Below are positions 46,758 to 57,499 of a stretch of 64,000 nt of DNA, piece after piece (within the stretch, counting starts at the first letter, position 1; the number at the start of each line of letters is the position of its first letter). The translations under genes were made by a program, and so were the position numbers. Under the pieces are notes generated by a model that did not search any database, had not been told where the DNA came from, and saw nothing but the letters and a program-made list of their open reading frames with translations. Location: IMG/VR virus record IMGVR_UViG_3300025707_000006, positions 32,001-96,000 of that record, one strand, 5' to 3'. This DNA comes from a virus. Lineage: Duplodnaviria; Caudoviricetes.

Positions 46758-47399
46758 ATGATACACACGAAAATCCCACCACCAAAAACGACTGCTATTA
46801 ACTTTGGATTAGGTTTCTCAGAAGGAATCGGAGTTAAAATCAAAGGGGATGTTTTTGGGGTTCTCCAACATAAAGACGGTCAAGAAGAAATCGTCTTAGA
46901 TAAATCAAATATATACACACTAGATGGTGGGATTTTAGCCGCTATCTTGTTTTCCAAAAACTTAGGTGTGGGTAATTTTCGTGGCATTGATATGTTAGCT
47001 GTTGGAACAGGAGCATCGGGATCAACTGCGAGTCCCGACATCGCTGATTATAGGCAAAGAATTATCAACACACCCCTTTATCGTAAAGAATTTTCAAGTG
47101 TTGTTTATCGAAACTCTAACGGTACTCTAGCTTCAGTTCCCACAAACATCGTAGACTTCACAACTACATTTGATGCTTCGGATGCTGTTGGTGCATTAAC
47201 TGAGATGGGGTTGGTGTGTACTACTGACGGTATAGGAAATGCCCCACAAGACTTCGATCAGTTAGCGGATGCTTTTCCTGTTCGCACATTGACTACAGAC
47301 ATCACCACAAAAGACATCTTAGTAAATTACCTCACTTTTCCAGTAATCAATAAACCCGCAGGGTCTATATTAGCGATTACTTGGCGTTTAACATTCTAA
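46758..47399 (+). CDS. Tail-fibre/collar-like baseplate protein
   Basis: MLAVGTG, FDASDAVGALTEMGL, FPVINKP...ITWRLTF; class-B motif at 46690-46705. Confidence 0.65.
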   Translation: MIHTKIPPPKTTAINFGLGFSEGIGVKIKGDVFGVLQHKDGQEEIVLDKSNIYTLDGGILAAILFSKNLGVGNFRGIDMLAVGTGASGSTASPDIADYRQRIINTPLYRKEFSSVVYRNSNGTLASVPTNIVDFTTTFDASDAVGALTEMGLVCTTDGIGNAPQDFDQLADAFPVRTLTTDITTKDILVNYLTFPVINKPAGSILAITWRLTF

Positions 47400-47414
47400 G
47401 AGAGGGTTTAAGTA

Positions 47415-50400
47415 ATGTCACAAAAGTATTTACCCTCTACAAGTAGAGATTTAGACCCCACAAATTATGCGTGGGACTCCATTGTATATCAAGCTGGGAG
47501 ACCCATGCTTGATAGTGAACTTAACCTCACCCAAGATATCCTCAATAAGAAAAACACCCTCCCAAGTGGAATGATTTCTTATCAAGGTGAAGATGACTCT
47601 GTGGGTTCATTCGCATATGAAAAACCGTATGTTGAGGGTGTTCTAAACGGCAACTTCACTGCTAACACCTTCATCATTAATCCGTTCAAAGCAATGGTAA
47701 ATGGAATAGTGATTGATGTACGAAACACAAATGCTACCGATGGTACGAATAAAATCACCCTACCAGCACCAGATGCAGGGTCTGGGCCAGGTGATCGTGG
47801 GGATTTTGTTTTCCTTGAAGTATGGCGAAAAGATGTGACTCCTGCCATGCAGTCAAAGTCTAGGATTAAGTTACTTTCCCCCCAAGCTAATGACACATTC
47901 ACCTTTAAAAAGGGTGGTGGAGCAAATGATGTAGTCCTCACTGTGGACACTACTTTTGCAATAGGGGCTTCTCTAGCTCACACAGCTCGCAATATGGCTT
48001 CATACATAAATGATCATGGTGGGGCAGGGTTAGGACTCACTGTTGATGGTGTTACCACATTTGCCGAAACTAGAGGTACAGAGTTTGTATTCCTAAACCA
48101 TAATGGTGGAGCTAGTGGGAACTATACTGGTGGAGCTAGCTTTACCTTAGCCTCTTCAGATGTTACAGGGATTGAAATCCAAATACAACCTTCTGGTGGT
48201 TCTGATGGTGACGGAAAGCCTTCTGCTACTACAGTTTATTATGCAGGGAATGTACTATCTGATATTTCAACGCACCTACCTGATGATATACAAGACCCAA
48301 ATGTAAATGTATCTTCTACTCGAAGGATACAAGTTCAGTATCGTATCAGGACTCAACAAAATCTTAATCTTTCACATCAGATTTTCGGGTTTGAAAATGG
48401 AATCCTCTACGCACAAGGGTCACAAGGTGCTCCTGTAAACACAAAATCTTTTAGTAAACATTCTACTGACACAGGTTTATGGTATGCTGGAGATGGTTCA
48501 GAAGCCGATGCCACTGCATTAGGTACTGTTGATGGGTATGTTTACGCTATCCCTCTCTGTTATGTCTTTAGGAGACAATCTCCAGGTGGTGGAAACGCAG
48601 GATTCAATGCGAGTGGTTCATTCAACACAGGTGCATTACATGATCATGACGGAAACACCTTAGCGAGTAATGACTATGTGGATAATGTAGCAATTAAAGA
48701 ATCTGATCGACCCGATGGGTTATTTGCAGATGAAGTCGCTCAAAGTGATGTACTTGATCTTAGACGCAGAGTTTACCCTAGAGGAATAGACTTCTCGGCA
48801 GAGCTTGAGTATCAATATCATACTCTACTCGATAATGAGAATCGGACATGGTTTGCTAAAGCACACTCTCTACAAAAAACAGGGAATACTTCGGGAGGTG
48901 CAAGTTCTACCCCTCTAGTTTGTGATGTCTATGGTGGAGTTGCAAATTTAGAAGGTGAACATAGAAGAACCTTTGACCATATTGCTCGTAGGTGGTCAGA
49001 CACACCTACAACTGAACGCATATATATCGTAGCCAAGCCCTTTACCACATTAACTCAACCCTCAACAGGTGTCACTGTAACAAGAGGAAACAATACGACT
49101 ACGGGGGACTATTGGTACGCAGGAGATAAAATCACAATAGACTTAACAAATCTTAAAGTCTCAAGTCACCTTCTTTGGGCGACCAATGGAAATCAGACCT
49201 TTGATCAAGAGGCTGACGATTTTGCACCAAAACTCTTAGATATAGGGTTCTGTTGGCATAACGATGGTCATTACACTAACGCTATCGAACAACAAGTCAA
49301 GATATCAAGTGTTGATGGGTTAGGTTCTAATACAATCAACATCACCCTAGAGGAAAACCCTAACATCACAGCTAATGGGGGTATGTCGGCAGGGGCTGAT
49401 TACGACCTTGTTGGGGATGATACCAATGGTGAGTCCACAGGGAGTAATAAAGAAATCTTCATCGAGTTAATCTTTGACTATGCGTCTTTTGATCGAGGGT
49501 TGAGCGGGGTTGCTATTGATGTCCCTACACCAGATCCTTCGGGTTACCCAACAGGATCGGCTGTCCTCATTGAATCCGATCCTGCATTTGCGTATGACCT
49601 TTACCCAGGTCAAGGGAATGGTAATGCACCCCCTATAAGTAATGTCATACCAAAGACAAAACAAGTGTCTCTTGAATATGTGTACGAACAACAATCTATA
49701 GATATCGTGTCTAATACCAAGCTCAGTGCTTATCTACCTTGGAGACTTTATTATAGATCAGGATTAGCTCCTGGGATAACAGACAGTAGTGGTGTAGGTG
49801 CGACTATCTGTACTCTTGATAATGCAACCACAAAGTATCAACACGCTGAATCAAAGATAGGCTGGACTAACTCAGTGAATGGTTGGGCTACAGGACAAAG
49901 GAAACTAACGATCTCAGCTTTCCCAATAGAACCTTACCCTGCGGATACAGTCACAGATAGTACTCTGTTAGTTTACTATAACCGATCTGCACCTATGACT
50001 GCGGGTTCAGATTTCGCTATTCCAAATACCGTAGCAGTATCAAATATTGGTGTTGTACCCGATGAGTTGAACCTTCAACCTTTAGCCATAGGTAAAGAAG
50101 TTAGTGTCTTTCTCAAAACAAACGACCACTACCCATTCTTTAACCCCACAGATCAGTTAGGTACTCATCCTAACGCTTCTAATTATGCTGAGTATGAAAC
50201 TCTCAGTAATCCTGATGTTTTCCTTGATGACTTAAAGATCAACACAGGGTCAGTTGTCCTACCCTCATTCGTACCTTTTGTATCCTCTGTGAACATCACT
50301 CTTGGAGATACAGGTCCAGGCCAACCTCCAGTTAAAGATGATTATAGTCGAGTGGTATACCCCACTATGGAGGACTCAAGTTATTTCCCATCAGCTTTCG

Positions 50401-50633
50401 CTAAGAATATGAGTGGATACCATAGTGCTTATAAAACAGCTATCCCATGTCTTATGAAGATTGTTGATGATACCCATACGCTCTATCGTAAGGGTGAAGT
50501 CGTGTTAGTTGTCTTTGTTAAAACGAATACTTGGGGTCAAGGGGTTTCTGTAGACATGAGATCTACCCTCGCTGATAACTATGTAGTCGCTTGTGTTTAT
50601 CGCACAAAAAACCAGCTTTTGCTCGGAGAATAA
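47415..50633 (+). CDS. Tail/baseplate-associated structural protein (paralogue of 57500..62818)
   Basis: VYQAGRPMLDSELN, DFVFLEVW, RIQVQYRIR, RPDGLFAD. Confidence 0.7.
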   Translation: MSQKYLPSTSRDLDPTNYAWDSIVYQAGRPMLDSELNLTQDILNKKNTLPSGMISYQGEDDSVGSFAYEKPYVEGVLNGNFTANTFIINPFKAMVNGIVIDVRNTNATDGTNKITLPAPDAGSGPGDRGDFVFLEVWRKDVTPAMQSKSRIKLLSPQANDTFTFKKGGGANDVVLTVDTTFAIGASLAHTARNMASYINDHGGAGLGLTVDGVTTFAETRGTEFVFLNHNGGASGNYTGGASFTLASSDVTGIEIQIQPSGGSDGDGKPSATTVYYAGNVLSDISTHLPDDIQDPNVNVSSTRRIQVQYRIRTQQNLNLSHQIFGFENGILYAQGSQGAPVNTKSFSKHSTDTGLWYAGDGSEADATALGTVDGYVYAIPLCYVFRRQSPGGGNAGFNASGSFNTGALHDHDGNTLASNDYVDNVAIKESDRPDGLFADEVAQSDVLDLRRRVYPRGIDFSAELEYQYHTLLDNENRTWFAKAHSLQKTGNTSGGASSTPLVCDVYGGVANLEGEHRRTFDHIARRWSDTPTTERIYIVAKPFTTLTQPSTGVTVTRGNNTTTGDYWYAGDKITIDLTNLKVSSHLLWATNGNQTFDQEADDFAPKLLDIGFCWHNDGHYTNAIEQQVKISSVDGLGSNTINITLEENPNITANGGMSAGADYDLVGDDTNGESTGSNKEIFIELIFDYASFDRGLSGVAIDVPTPDPSGYPTGSAVLIESDPAFAYDLYPGQGNGNAPPISNVIPKTKQVSLEYVYEQQSIDIVSNTKLSAYLPWRLYYRSGLAPGITDSSGVGATICTLDNATTKYQHAESKIGWTNSVNGWATGQRKLTISAFPIEPYPADTVTDSTLLVYYNRSAPMTAGSDFAIPNTVAVSNIGVVPDELNLQPLAIGKEVSVFLKTNDHYPFFNPTDQLGTHPNASNYAEYETLSNPDVFLDDLKINTGSVVLPSFVPFVSSVNITLGDTGPGQPPVKDDYSRVVYPTMEDSSYFPSAFAKNMSGYHSAYKTAIPCLMKIVDDTHTLYRKGEVVLVVFVKTNTWGQGVSVDMRSTLADNYVVACVYRTKNQLLLGE

Positions 50634-50634
50634 A

Positions 50635-53600
50635 ATGCCAAAGAAATCCATAGAGAAAAATAGAGTCGTTATCTCATCAGGTCAAGGTACTGATGGGTCT
50701 AGTAATGACATCACCATCATTAGTGGCTTAGATGTAAGCGTTACTGCTTCAGATGTGATCTCATCAAATGATTTAGGTGGGTATCTTGGCAATAATGTAC
50801 AAATAAATCTTGATGACTTGACCTCTGATGCACGAGAGGGGCAACCCCCAAAGATTGGATATGAAGCGATCACATTTAGTAATGGTGAGACAACCACCAC
50901 ACATGAGGGTCGCCCCGATTGGGGACAAGCAAAAATTGTAGACACTCCACCTTGGACTGCGAAGCAACCAAGAAAAAAATGGACTGCTCAATATGAGATG
51001 CCACATTATGGTGTAGGCAAGAAAACAGACGAAGCAAACACCCCTAGTGACAACCTGTTCCCTAAGTATGTTAATGATAGCGGAGCATATGACACAATCA
51101 ATCTAAACTACAGAGATAATAGTGATAATAGTTACTATGGACTAGCTCTTTATAATGATTTCCCCTTTCTTGTGGATGCTCCTCAGTTCACACAAAGCAA
51201 CTACCCACACATTGCACAATCAGTTCCAAGATCTGCCTTCCAAACTAATCTCCAAGACAATTTAAGATTCCCATTTTTATATCAAAAACCGTTCATCGCA
51301 GAAGAGAACAACAGAGATTTTTTCAATACCTCTGACTATAAGTTAGGGTTTAATGCTGGTGAAGGAACTTCATCTTTAGGTGTTAAAAACGGTCAAGCCT
51401 CAATAAGTCTCTCTTCGCCTTTTAGCACTGAACTATTTGACCCTAGAAAATCTCATGAAGCATTAGATGCCACAGATGCAAATAGCCCACCCTTTGATGT
51501 AGGGTTAATTGTTTCTGGTCTTTTATTCCCTGCCGATAGAGGTGTTCTTGCACTCATCAGATTTCCTTCTGATGATAACAATGTGGCACAGGGGTTCAAC
51601 AATCCTGCTACCACTGTGGACATCATTGAAAATAGAGTTTTAGCGGCCATAAATCTCGGTGTTGGTGCAGGAGTCAACGATGGTGCTTCGGGTGGAGTCA
51701 TCTTCAATAACTCTGATAACAATACCTTCCCTTCAAGAGTTACAGGACAATACGATCTGTATGAGCTACACACAGGGAACTATGTACCGAACTCTACTAG
51801 AATTGGGGCTAATGGGGATTTAACTGCTGACCCAAGCATAGGGAAAGTAAGACTGCTTACTAATATAGATGCGTTTTACCCTTCAAGTGGGTCTTCTGTT
51901 AGACCTGGTGGTATTCCCGTTCTGTTTTCTCCTTATGAGAAACATAACACAAGTATATCTGCGGATACCATTTCATTTAACTCATTCTACTCCGAAAGTG
52001 ACCCCATAAGTGATCTAAAAGCTTATGCTATAGATGACGCGGGTGTTTATTATGACTGCACAATCAACACCCAAGGGAGTCAAATAGAGGTTAATAACCC
52101 AGCAGGAATCACAGACCCTACAACATTTTATGCTCATGTCTTAAAGCAAAATCGTAGCTTCTTATCTTACAGACTCCCCGCCTTAAAAGATTACTCGTCA
52201 GAAGGAATCACTACTCCATTTGCTGAACGAGATCGCTTCTTCGTTAAAAACACACCTAATGAAGATGAGTTTAAAGCAGATTACAAATCTATCTTTGACA
52301 CAGCAGGTGGATACATCACATTCGGTGAAGAAGATAACTATTCATATCAAGTTGCACGATACAGGCAAGTGGTAAGGTTAGTGCAAGATTATATTAAAAC
52401 TCTTTCTCAAGGGGAATCCACCACAGACGATGAACCCGAATATAACTTTGGATCATTTGCTCTGATACACTTTAAAACTGAAAAAGCATTTGAATCTCTT
52501 GTTCGTGATGGTATCGCACCTAGTGATGATGAAGTGTACAGTAGAAACCTACTCGATTATTCCAACCTCAATAATAACTTAGGGTCTTCCTTAAGCACTG
52601 TTGGTGGTGATGGGTTAGAAGATGGAGTGGACTCTTTCACACCAAGTCCTTCAATGTCTATCTTTAGACCTAATGTTAACTTTGAAAAAAGACTTGATGG
52701 ATACCCTCAAGACTTAGTGATCAAAACAAAAGCACAGGCATGGGGTTTATACCCCAGCGTTCAAGCAAATGAGTTGAGGGCAAACGATACTTACTTCATG
52801 TGGACATCGGGTGTTATTTATGTCAATCCAACCACTTGGAGAGCCTATAAAGGACACCCTAGTGATAAAGGTGGTGCGTCTGCTACTCATTCTACTGACA
52901 CACAACACTCAAGACTACAGACTATCATTGAAATCACGCAGAAGTCTGTACAAGGAGATGACCACATTTCGGAGTTTGATCAAGTTAAACCAACAATCTC
53001 TAAACCATTCCACACAGTTAGACCCACAGCTCAAATACTAACAAGTGAGCTATCCGCTTCGGATAACCTTTTTGCGGGTAAATATGAAAGGTTATCTAAT
53101 AACGCTCTAACTGAATATGAGACAATACCAAAACATCAACAAGTTTGGGTTACAACTAGTGGTCTCGGTGGAAACCTTGCAGGTAACATCACAGTCATAC
53201 CTAAAGGTGATGCAGGTGAGGCTCTCGATGATCTTTCTTTATACAACCCTAAAGATGGTCTTTGTTCTTTCACAACCGTTGGATTAAGACCTTCGGTGAT
53301 GATTAATAAACCTCACAGGCAGTTTAATAACTTAGGTGTTGAGTACATTAAAGATAACATCAACGATAACAGCAGTTCCACCATCAAGAAACTTCTCTAT
53401 CACTCTGCAAGAAAGATCTCATTACTAGAACTATATGGTGAGAAGTTAAGCCCTAATGGAAAACTCATAAAAGATGAGTCCTCCATCTCAAGCATTAACA
53501 ATATTTATACAGGGATTGACCTTACTAAAAATCGTGTCGGTGAAGACTATCGCTCAAATAATAACTTTGCCTATGGTTATATTTGGGCTGATTGGGAAAA

Positions 53601-56600
53601 TACTAATGTAGGGACTCAAACTTATACCCCAAGGTCATCTGGACAAGCGTTCTCTATTTATAGGTATGATGTAGAAGGGTATAAAGTTTATCAAGAACTT
53701 GAGCTACTACCCATAGGTGGTGATGTTGTAAATGGTTACGCTTTAGAGTTATGCACAGGTTGGGATTGGGTAAAGAACAGTGATGATTCTGACGCAGGTG
53801 TTGGGTTATCTTTTAAGTATTCTCGATATGTACCTGTTTATCGCCCTGTAGAACCAAACCACACAAGAACAACACTTGAGACTCATGCCGATGCAAAGTT
53901 CCTCGTAATCAAAGGTGTTGACTACTATGTGGAAATGCACCCTTCAATCCCTTATAATTGGAATACAAACACGAACCCCGCAGTAGGCGGACACGACCCG
54001 ACAAACTTCATAAACTACACAGAGCCTAAAAATTCTATTGGAGATTTAGGTGGGGACGCTACTTCTGATTTGAGTCTGATCTTTAGCCCAAGTCTGACAG
54101 ATAAAACCACAGCCGCTACTGCATTAACTTCTTTGTACGACTTTATGGGTACTACAACAAATAATCATGGTGAATATGTAGGGCATGGGGTGTCTCCCAT
54201 TGACGCGGCCTCAGCTAACGCTATTGTAAACCCTACAGTTGGGAACACATATCACTTAGCTAAACTATCTCTTAGTTCACTCGCAGTATTCTCCATTACA
54301 ACAAACCCTCAACACCCTCACCCTACGACAAGCGTAAGGGTGGACACTGGTGGGTTTGTCGCAGGTACTAGAGAGTTTGGTGATGTTATTGTTGAAGCGA
54401 TACCTACAGGGCGTAGACAACTTCCAGAGTATGGAAACTATACGATGGATATTAGAGGGTATATCACCGTTAGTGGTATGGGGAATACTAGTGTTTTCAT
54501 TTCGGATCAACTACAAGCAGTATCTACTATCTCAAGACTCCCTCTTGTTTCTCTTTTCACACCTAGAAAAGACACCCAAGAACGCTTCTTAGACGAATCT
54601 TATCGCATAGAACATAGCCTCGCTCACCTTTTCTTCATACAGGGCAATGACCCTGATTTTAACTATCAATTTGGCAACCATCAAGACACTAGTGGTGTCA
54701 CTCCAATCACAGGGAATACCGAGTTAAGAGATAACTTAATCGGCCCAGGCATCCCTAACTTCGGATCGGGTTATAATGGAGGCTATATTTCATTCCCTGT
54801 GAGAGATGAGTCAAATGTTTCTCCAGAAGGTTGGTTAGCTAACACAACTAACTTAAGATTGTATAGCTTTCATGGGTTCGCAGGATACTTACGAAACAGT
54901 TTACACATGAGAAGGATACAAATCACAAGCCCTCTTATTTTCTCTGACTGGTTAGAAGCACAAGTGAGTGGATTCCCTAACATGACGAGAAATCACTTGT
55001 CGGGAGCTAAATATGGAACGCCTCCAAGAGGTGTCTTAATTTACCCTTATCAAGACTTTGATGGTAACACGATAAGTGCTTTTGGATATAACCTCAGTAA
55101 TAGTGGTCAAGCCACAGTCAATCCTCTTGTTGATTCGGAGTCGGGATTCTATCTACCTAACTCTAATGCAGGTCTTTCGGCTTATGACGATGTAGCTAAC
55201 AACATCGCAGGGAACTATGGCAATAATGGAACATGGCTTGATGACGATGCAGGAGGTGTGGGAGTTTCTACTGACCCTATCCTAAGACACGCACAACCCA
55301 CCTATTCTGGAGGTGGTTTTGTGGCATCTAATGATTCTCCCGATGTGGGCTACTTGAGAGCCTTCGATCTAAACTTTGGAAAGAGCGTAGAACGATCTCC
55401 CCACCTCCCTTATTGGGATACAGATTGGACAGAAACAACTGCAAGTGGAGAAGAAAAAGATCGACTCTCCACAAGTGCTACACCTAAAGGTTTGATAGAA
55501 TCAAAGGAATGGGAGAGAGTTAAGGGTGATGAATTTGCACCCATTAAGTTAAGGCTAGTAGGTGTTGATTGGGATATGATCTCTTATGTCGATCCTCAGT
55601 TCCCAAATGCTAGAAGAGATGGCACAGTTTATACGATTGACAATAAACAACACCTCATGCGTAAGAGGGTCATGAGAGTCTTTGTAAAAGTACCAGGTCT
55701 AACCACATGGCTTGATGTTGGTGTAATGAACGGAGAAGTCGGTGAGTCTTATGTGCAGTATGCAGGAGACCCCACAGGCACATTCGGTGTGATGAGTGAA
55801 GGGGGTGCAACCTCTGACAAAACACACCCAAGTCTTGATGGTGCAGGGTGTTGTGTTTCATACAAAGAAACATTCCTTGTTGAAGAAGGATTAGTCGCTC
55901 TTGACCTTGAACTTGATGTTGGTTTTGTACCTGCTTTTATGAGCGTAGGTGATGATACAGTATCTACTGACACCATAGCTTCTTCGGATAACTTCTTAGG
56001 GCAAGAAAAAGTTATTTATGTGAATAACTCTGACAAATTCTTTAGTGCGAGTAAATCTGATGACCTCGCTTATGGTAAAGGTGGCACAGAAGCACCTATC
56101 CTTGTCAAAGTTATCTTAGGTAATCCCGATTTCCCTAAGTATGAAGTCCACCCTGAAAATGCATTTGCTCTTGTAAATCGAGATGACTTAGCAGACCAAA
56201 CAACTTTAATCGCTAATGTGTACGGAGGTGTGGGTACTAACGCTATATACGATATATGGCCTTCACCTAATAAGTCTTATCGAGGTCATTCATTCCCACC
56301 CGATGATCGTGCTCCAACATGGTCGAGAAGAGGGCTGATGGGTATTGAAGTTCTTAGACCAGATGGATCAAACTTTGATCATGACCTTGTAGTTGACAGA
56401 CCTGACTTTGCAGATTTGTCCTTGTTTGGATCGCTAAAAGCAACCAAATCAGGAACTAGTGAAGATGATAGATCACATTATATGGTTTATCGACAAGTTA
56501 GTCATTCGGCATCAGGGTATTTAAGAGGGGATACTGCATTAGAAGGTACGATAAAAACAAACAAACAAACATATACCTTTGATGATGACCTATTAGATGA

Positions 56601-56652
56601 GGGAGTCGATTATGAGGAGAAGTACTCTTTATCTAAAAAAGGGGAAGGGTGA
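50635..56652 (+). CDS. Very large (~2000 aa) virion structural protein
   Basis: Uninterrupted ORF within the tail module, rich in Asn/Ser/Thr/Gly. Confidence 0.65.
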   Translation: MPKKSIEKNRVVISSGQGTDGSSNDITIISGLDVSVTASDVISSNDLGGYLGNNVQINLDDLTSDAREGQPPKIGYEAITFSNGETTTTHEGRPDWGQAKIVDTPPWTAKQPRKKWTAQYEMPHYGVGKKTDEANTPSDNLFPKYVNDSGAYDTINLNYRDNSDNSYYGLALYNDFPFLVDAPQFTQSNYPHIAQSVPRSAFQTNLQDNLRFPFLYQKPFIAEENNRDFFNTSDYKLGFNAGEGTSSLGVKNGQASISLSSPFSTELFDPRKSHEALDATDANSPPFDVGLIVSGLLFPADRGVLALIRFPSDDNNVAQGFNNPATTVDIIENRVLAAINLGVGAGVNDGASGGVIFNNSDNNTFPSRVTGQYDLYELHTGNYVPNSTRIGANGDLTADPSIGKVRLLTNIDAFYPSSGSSVRPGGIPVLFSPYEKHNTSISADTISFNSFYSESDPISDLKAYAIDDAGVYYDCTINTQGSQIEVNNPAGITDPTTFYAHVLKQNRSFLSYRLPALKDYSSEGITTPFAERDRFFVKNTPNEDEFKADYKSIFDTAGGYITFGEEDNYSYQVARYRQVVRLVQDYIKTLSQGESTTDDEPEYNFGSFALIHFKTEKAFESLVRDGIAPSDDEVYSRNLLDYSNLNNNLGSSLSTVGGDGLEDGVDSFTPSPSMSIFRPNVNFEKRLDGYPQDLVIKTKAQAWGLYPSVQANELRANDTYFMWTSGVIYVNPTTWRAYKGHPSDKGGASATHSTDTQHSRLQTIIEITQKSVQGDDHISEFDQVKPTISKPFHTVRPTAQILTSELSASDNLFAGKYERLSNNALTEYETIPKHQQVWVTTSGLGGNLAGNITVIPKGDAGEALDDLSLYNPKDGLCSFTTVGLRPSVMINKPHRQFNNLGVEYIKDNINDNSSSTIKKLLYHSARKISLLELYGEKLSPNGKLIKDESSISSINNIYTGIDLTKNRVGEDYRSNNNFAYGYIWADWENTNVGTQTYTPRSSGQAFSIYRYDVEGYKVYQELELLPIGGDVVNGYALELCTGWDWVKNSDDSDAGVGLSFKYSRYVPVYRPVEPNHTRTTLETHADAKFLVIKGVDYYVEMHPSIPYNWNTNTNPAVGGHDPTNFINYTEPKNSIGDLGGDATSDLSLIFSPSLTDKTTAATALTSLYDFMGTTTNNHGEYVGHGVSPIDAASANAIVNPTVGNTYHLAKLSLSSLAVFSITTNPQHPHPTTSVRVDTGGFVAGTREFGDVIVEAIPTGRRQLPEYGNYTMDIRGYITVSGMGNTSVFISDQLQAVSTISRLPLVSLFTPRKDTQERFLDESYRIEHSLAHLFFIQGNDPDFNYQFGNHQDTSGVTPITGNTELRDNLIGPGIPNFGSGYNGGYISFPVRDESNVSPEGWLANTTNLRLYSFHGFAGYLRNSLHMRRIQITSPLIFSDWLEAQVSGFPNMTRNHLSGAKYGTPPRGVLIYPYQDFDGNTISAFGYNLSNSGQATVNPLVDSESGFYLPNSNAGLSAYDDVANNIAGNYGNNGTWLDDDAGGVGVSTDPILRHAQPTYSGGGFVASNDSPDVGYLRAFDLNFGKSVERSPHLPYWDTDWTETTASGEEKDRLSTSATPKGLIESKEWERVKGDEFAPIKLRLVGVDWDMISYVDPQFPNARRDGTVYTIDNKQHLMRKRVMRVFVKVPGLTTWLDVGVMNGEVGESYVQYAGDPTGTFGVMSEGGATSDKTHPSLDGAGCCVSYKETFLVEEGLVALDLELDVGFVPAFMSVGDDTVSTDTIASSDNFLGQEKVIYVNNSDKFFSASKSDDLAYGKGGTEAPILVKVILGNPDFPKYEVHPENAFALVNRDDLADQTTLIANVYGGVGTNAIYDIWPSPNKSYRGHSFPPDDRAPTWSRRGLMGIEVLRPDGSNFDHDLVVDRPDFADLSLFGSLKATKSGTSEDDRSHYMVYRQVSHSASGYLRGDTALEGTIKTNKQTYTFDDDLLDEGVDYEEKYSLSKKGEG

Positions 56653-56657
56653 TTTAG

Positions 56658-57479
56658 ATGCCAGCTATATTTGAAAGAATAAATGATAACCTCGTTGAAG
56701 TTATCCCGAAGTATTCGGACTCTATGCCTATGTCTGGGAAATATGTAATAGACTTCCCAGACCACTTTGACTTGAAACTCACTACAGCCAAACCTAGTCG
56801 GGCAGATGTGATCACTAAAGTAGACGAGCTAATGAAAGAGAAGTTCGTTTCATTCGATTATTTCAGCACAAACAACTTTATAGTGGATACAGAGTTCACG
56901 AACGCTTTTGAGGTTACCCCTAATTTGTCTGTCTCTTTTGTTGACAAGCAGTTTTTACCTGTACACCCTTCAAGCAACCCAGAATATACCTTCAAAAACT
57001 CCTTTAAAAGCGGAACACAACCTAACACGATTCAAGTAATGGGTAGATTCCCTCAACAAAACCATATCGAAGGTGCTTCTATCACATCAAACAAGGCACT
57101 TTCTGGAAACAGATGTATCATCACAAAAGATATTGATATCTCTGGGAATACAAATGACCAACTGGGCAGAAACGATTTCTTCGTGTACTTTCGCAGTGTC
57201 TTAAAATCTTACACTAAAGACTCATCTCTTTCTGATGTGGATCGTGGGGTTGTTTCTCCACAGACTTCTAATCAAGAAGGATTCATGAGTTACACTGAGA
57301 CTCAATACGATTCCACAAATCGTCTTAGATGTTTTATATCTAGTGATGGGAGTACCTACTCGGAAATTGAAAACCTTAAAGTTTTCTCATTCCCACAAAA
57401 GGTAGACACTATCAAACTCGCCTTTGTGAACTACACAGACGCAGACCTCACATTACTCTCATACACTTTGATGTACTGA
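56658..57479 (+). CDS. Hypothetical structural protein
   Basis: Co-oriented within the tail module. Confidence 0.6.
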   Translation: MPAIFERINDNLVEVIPKYSDSMPMSGKYVIDFPDHFDLKLTTAKPSRADVITKVDELMKEKFVSFDYFSTNNFIVDTEFTNAFEVTPNLSVSFVDKQFLPVHPSSNPEYTFKNSFKSGTQPNTIQVMGRFPQQNHIEGASITSNKALSGNRCIITKDIDISGNTNDQLGRNDFFVYFRSVLKSYTKDSSLSDVDRGVVSPQTSNQEGFMSYTETQYDSTNRLRCFISSDGSTYSEIENLKVFSFPQKVDTIKLAFVNYTDADLTLLSYTLMY

Positions 57480-57499
57480 AACCATAAAGGATTATAGTC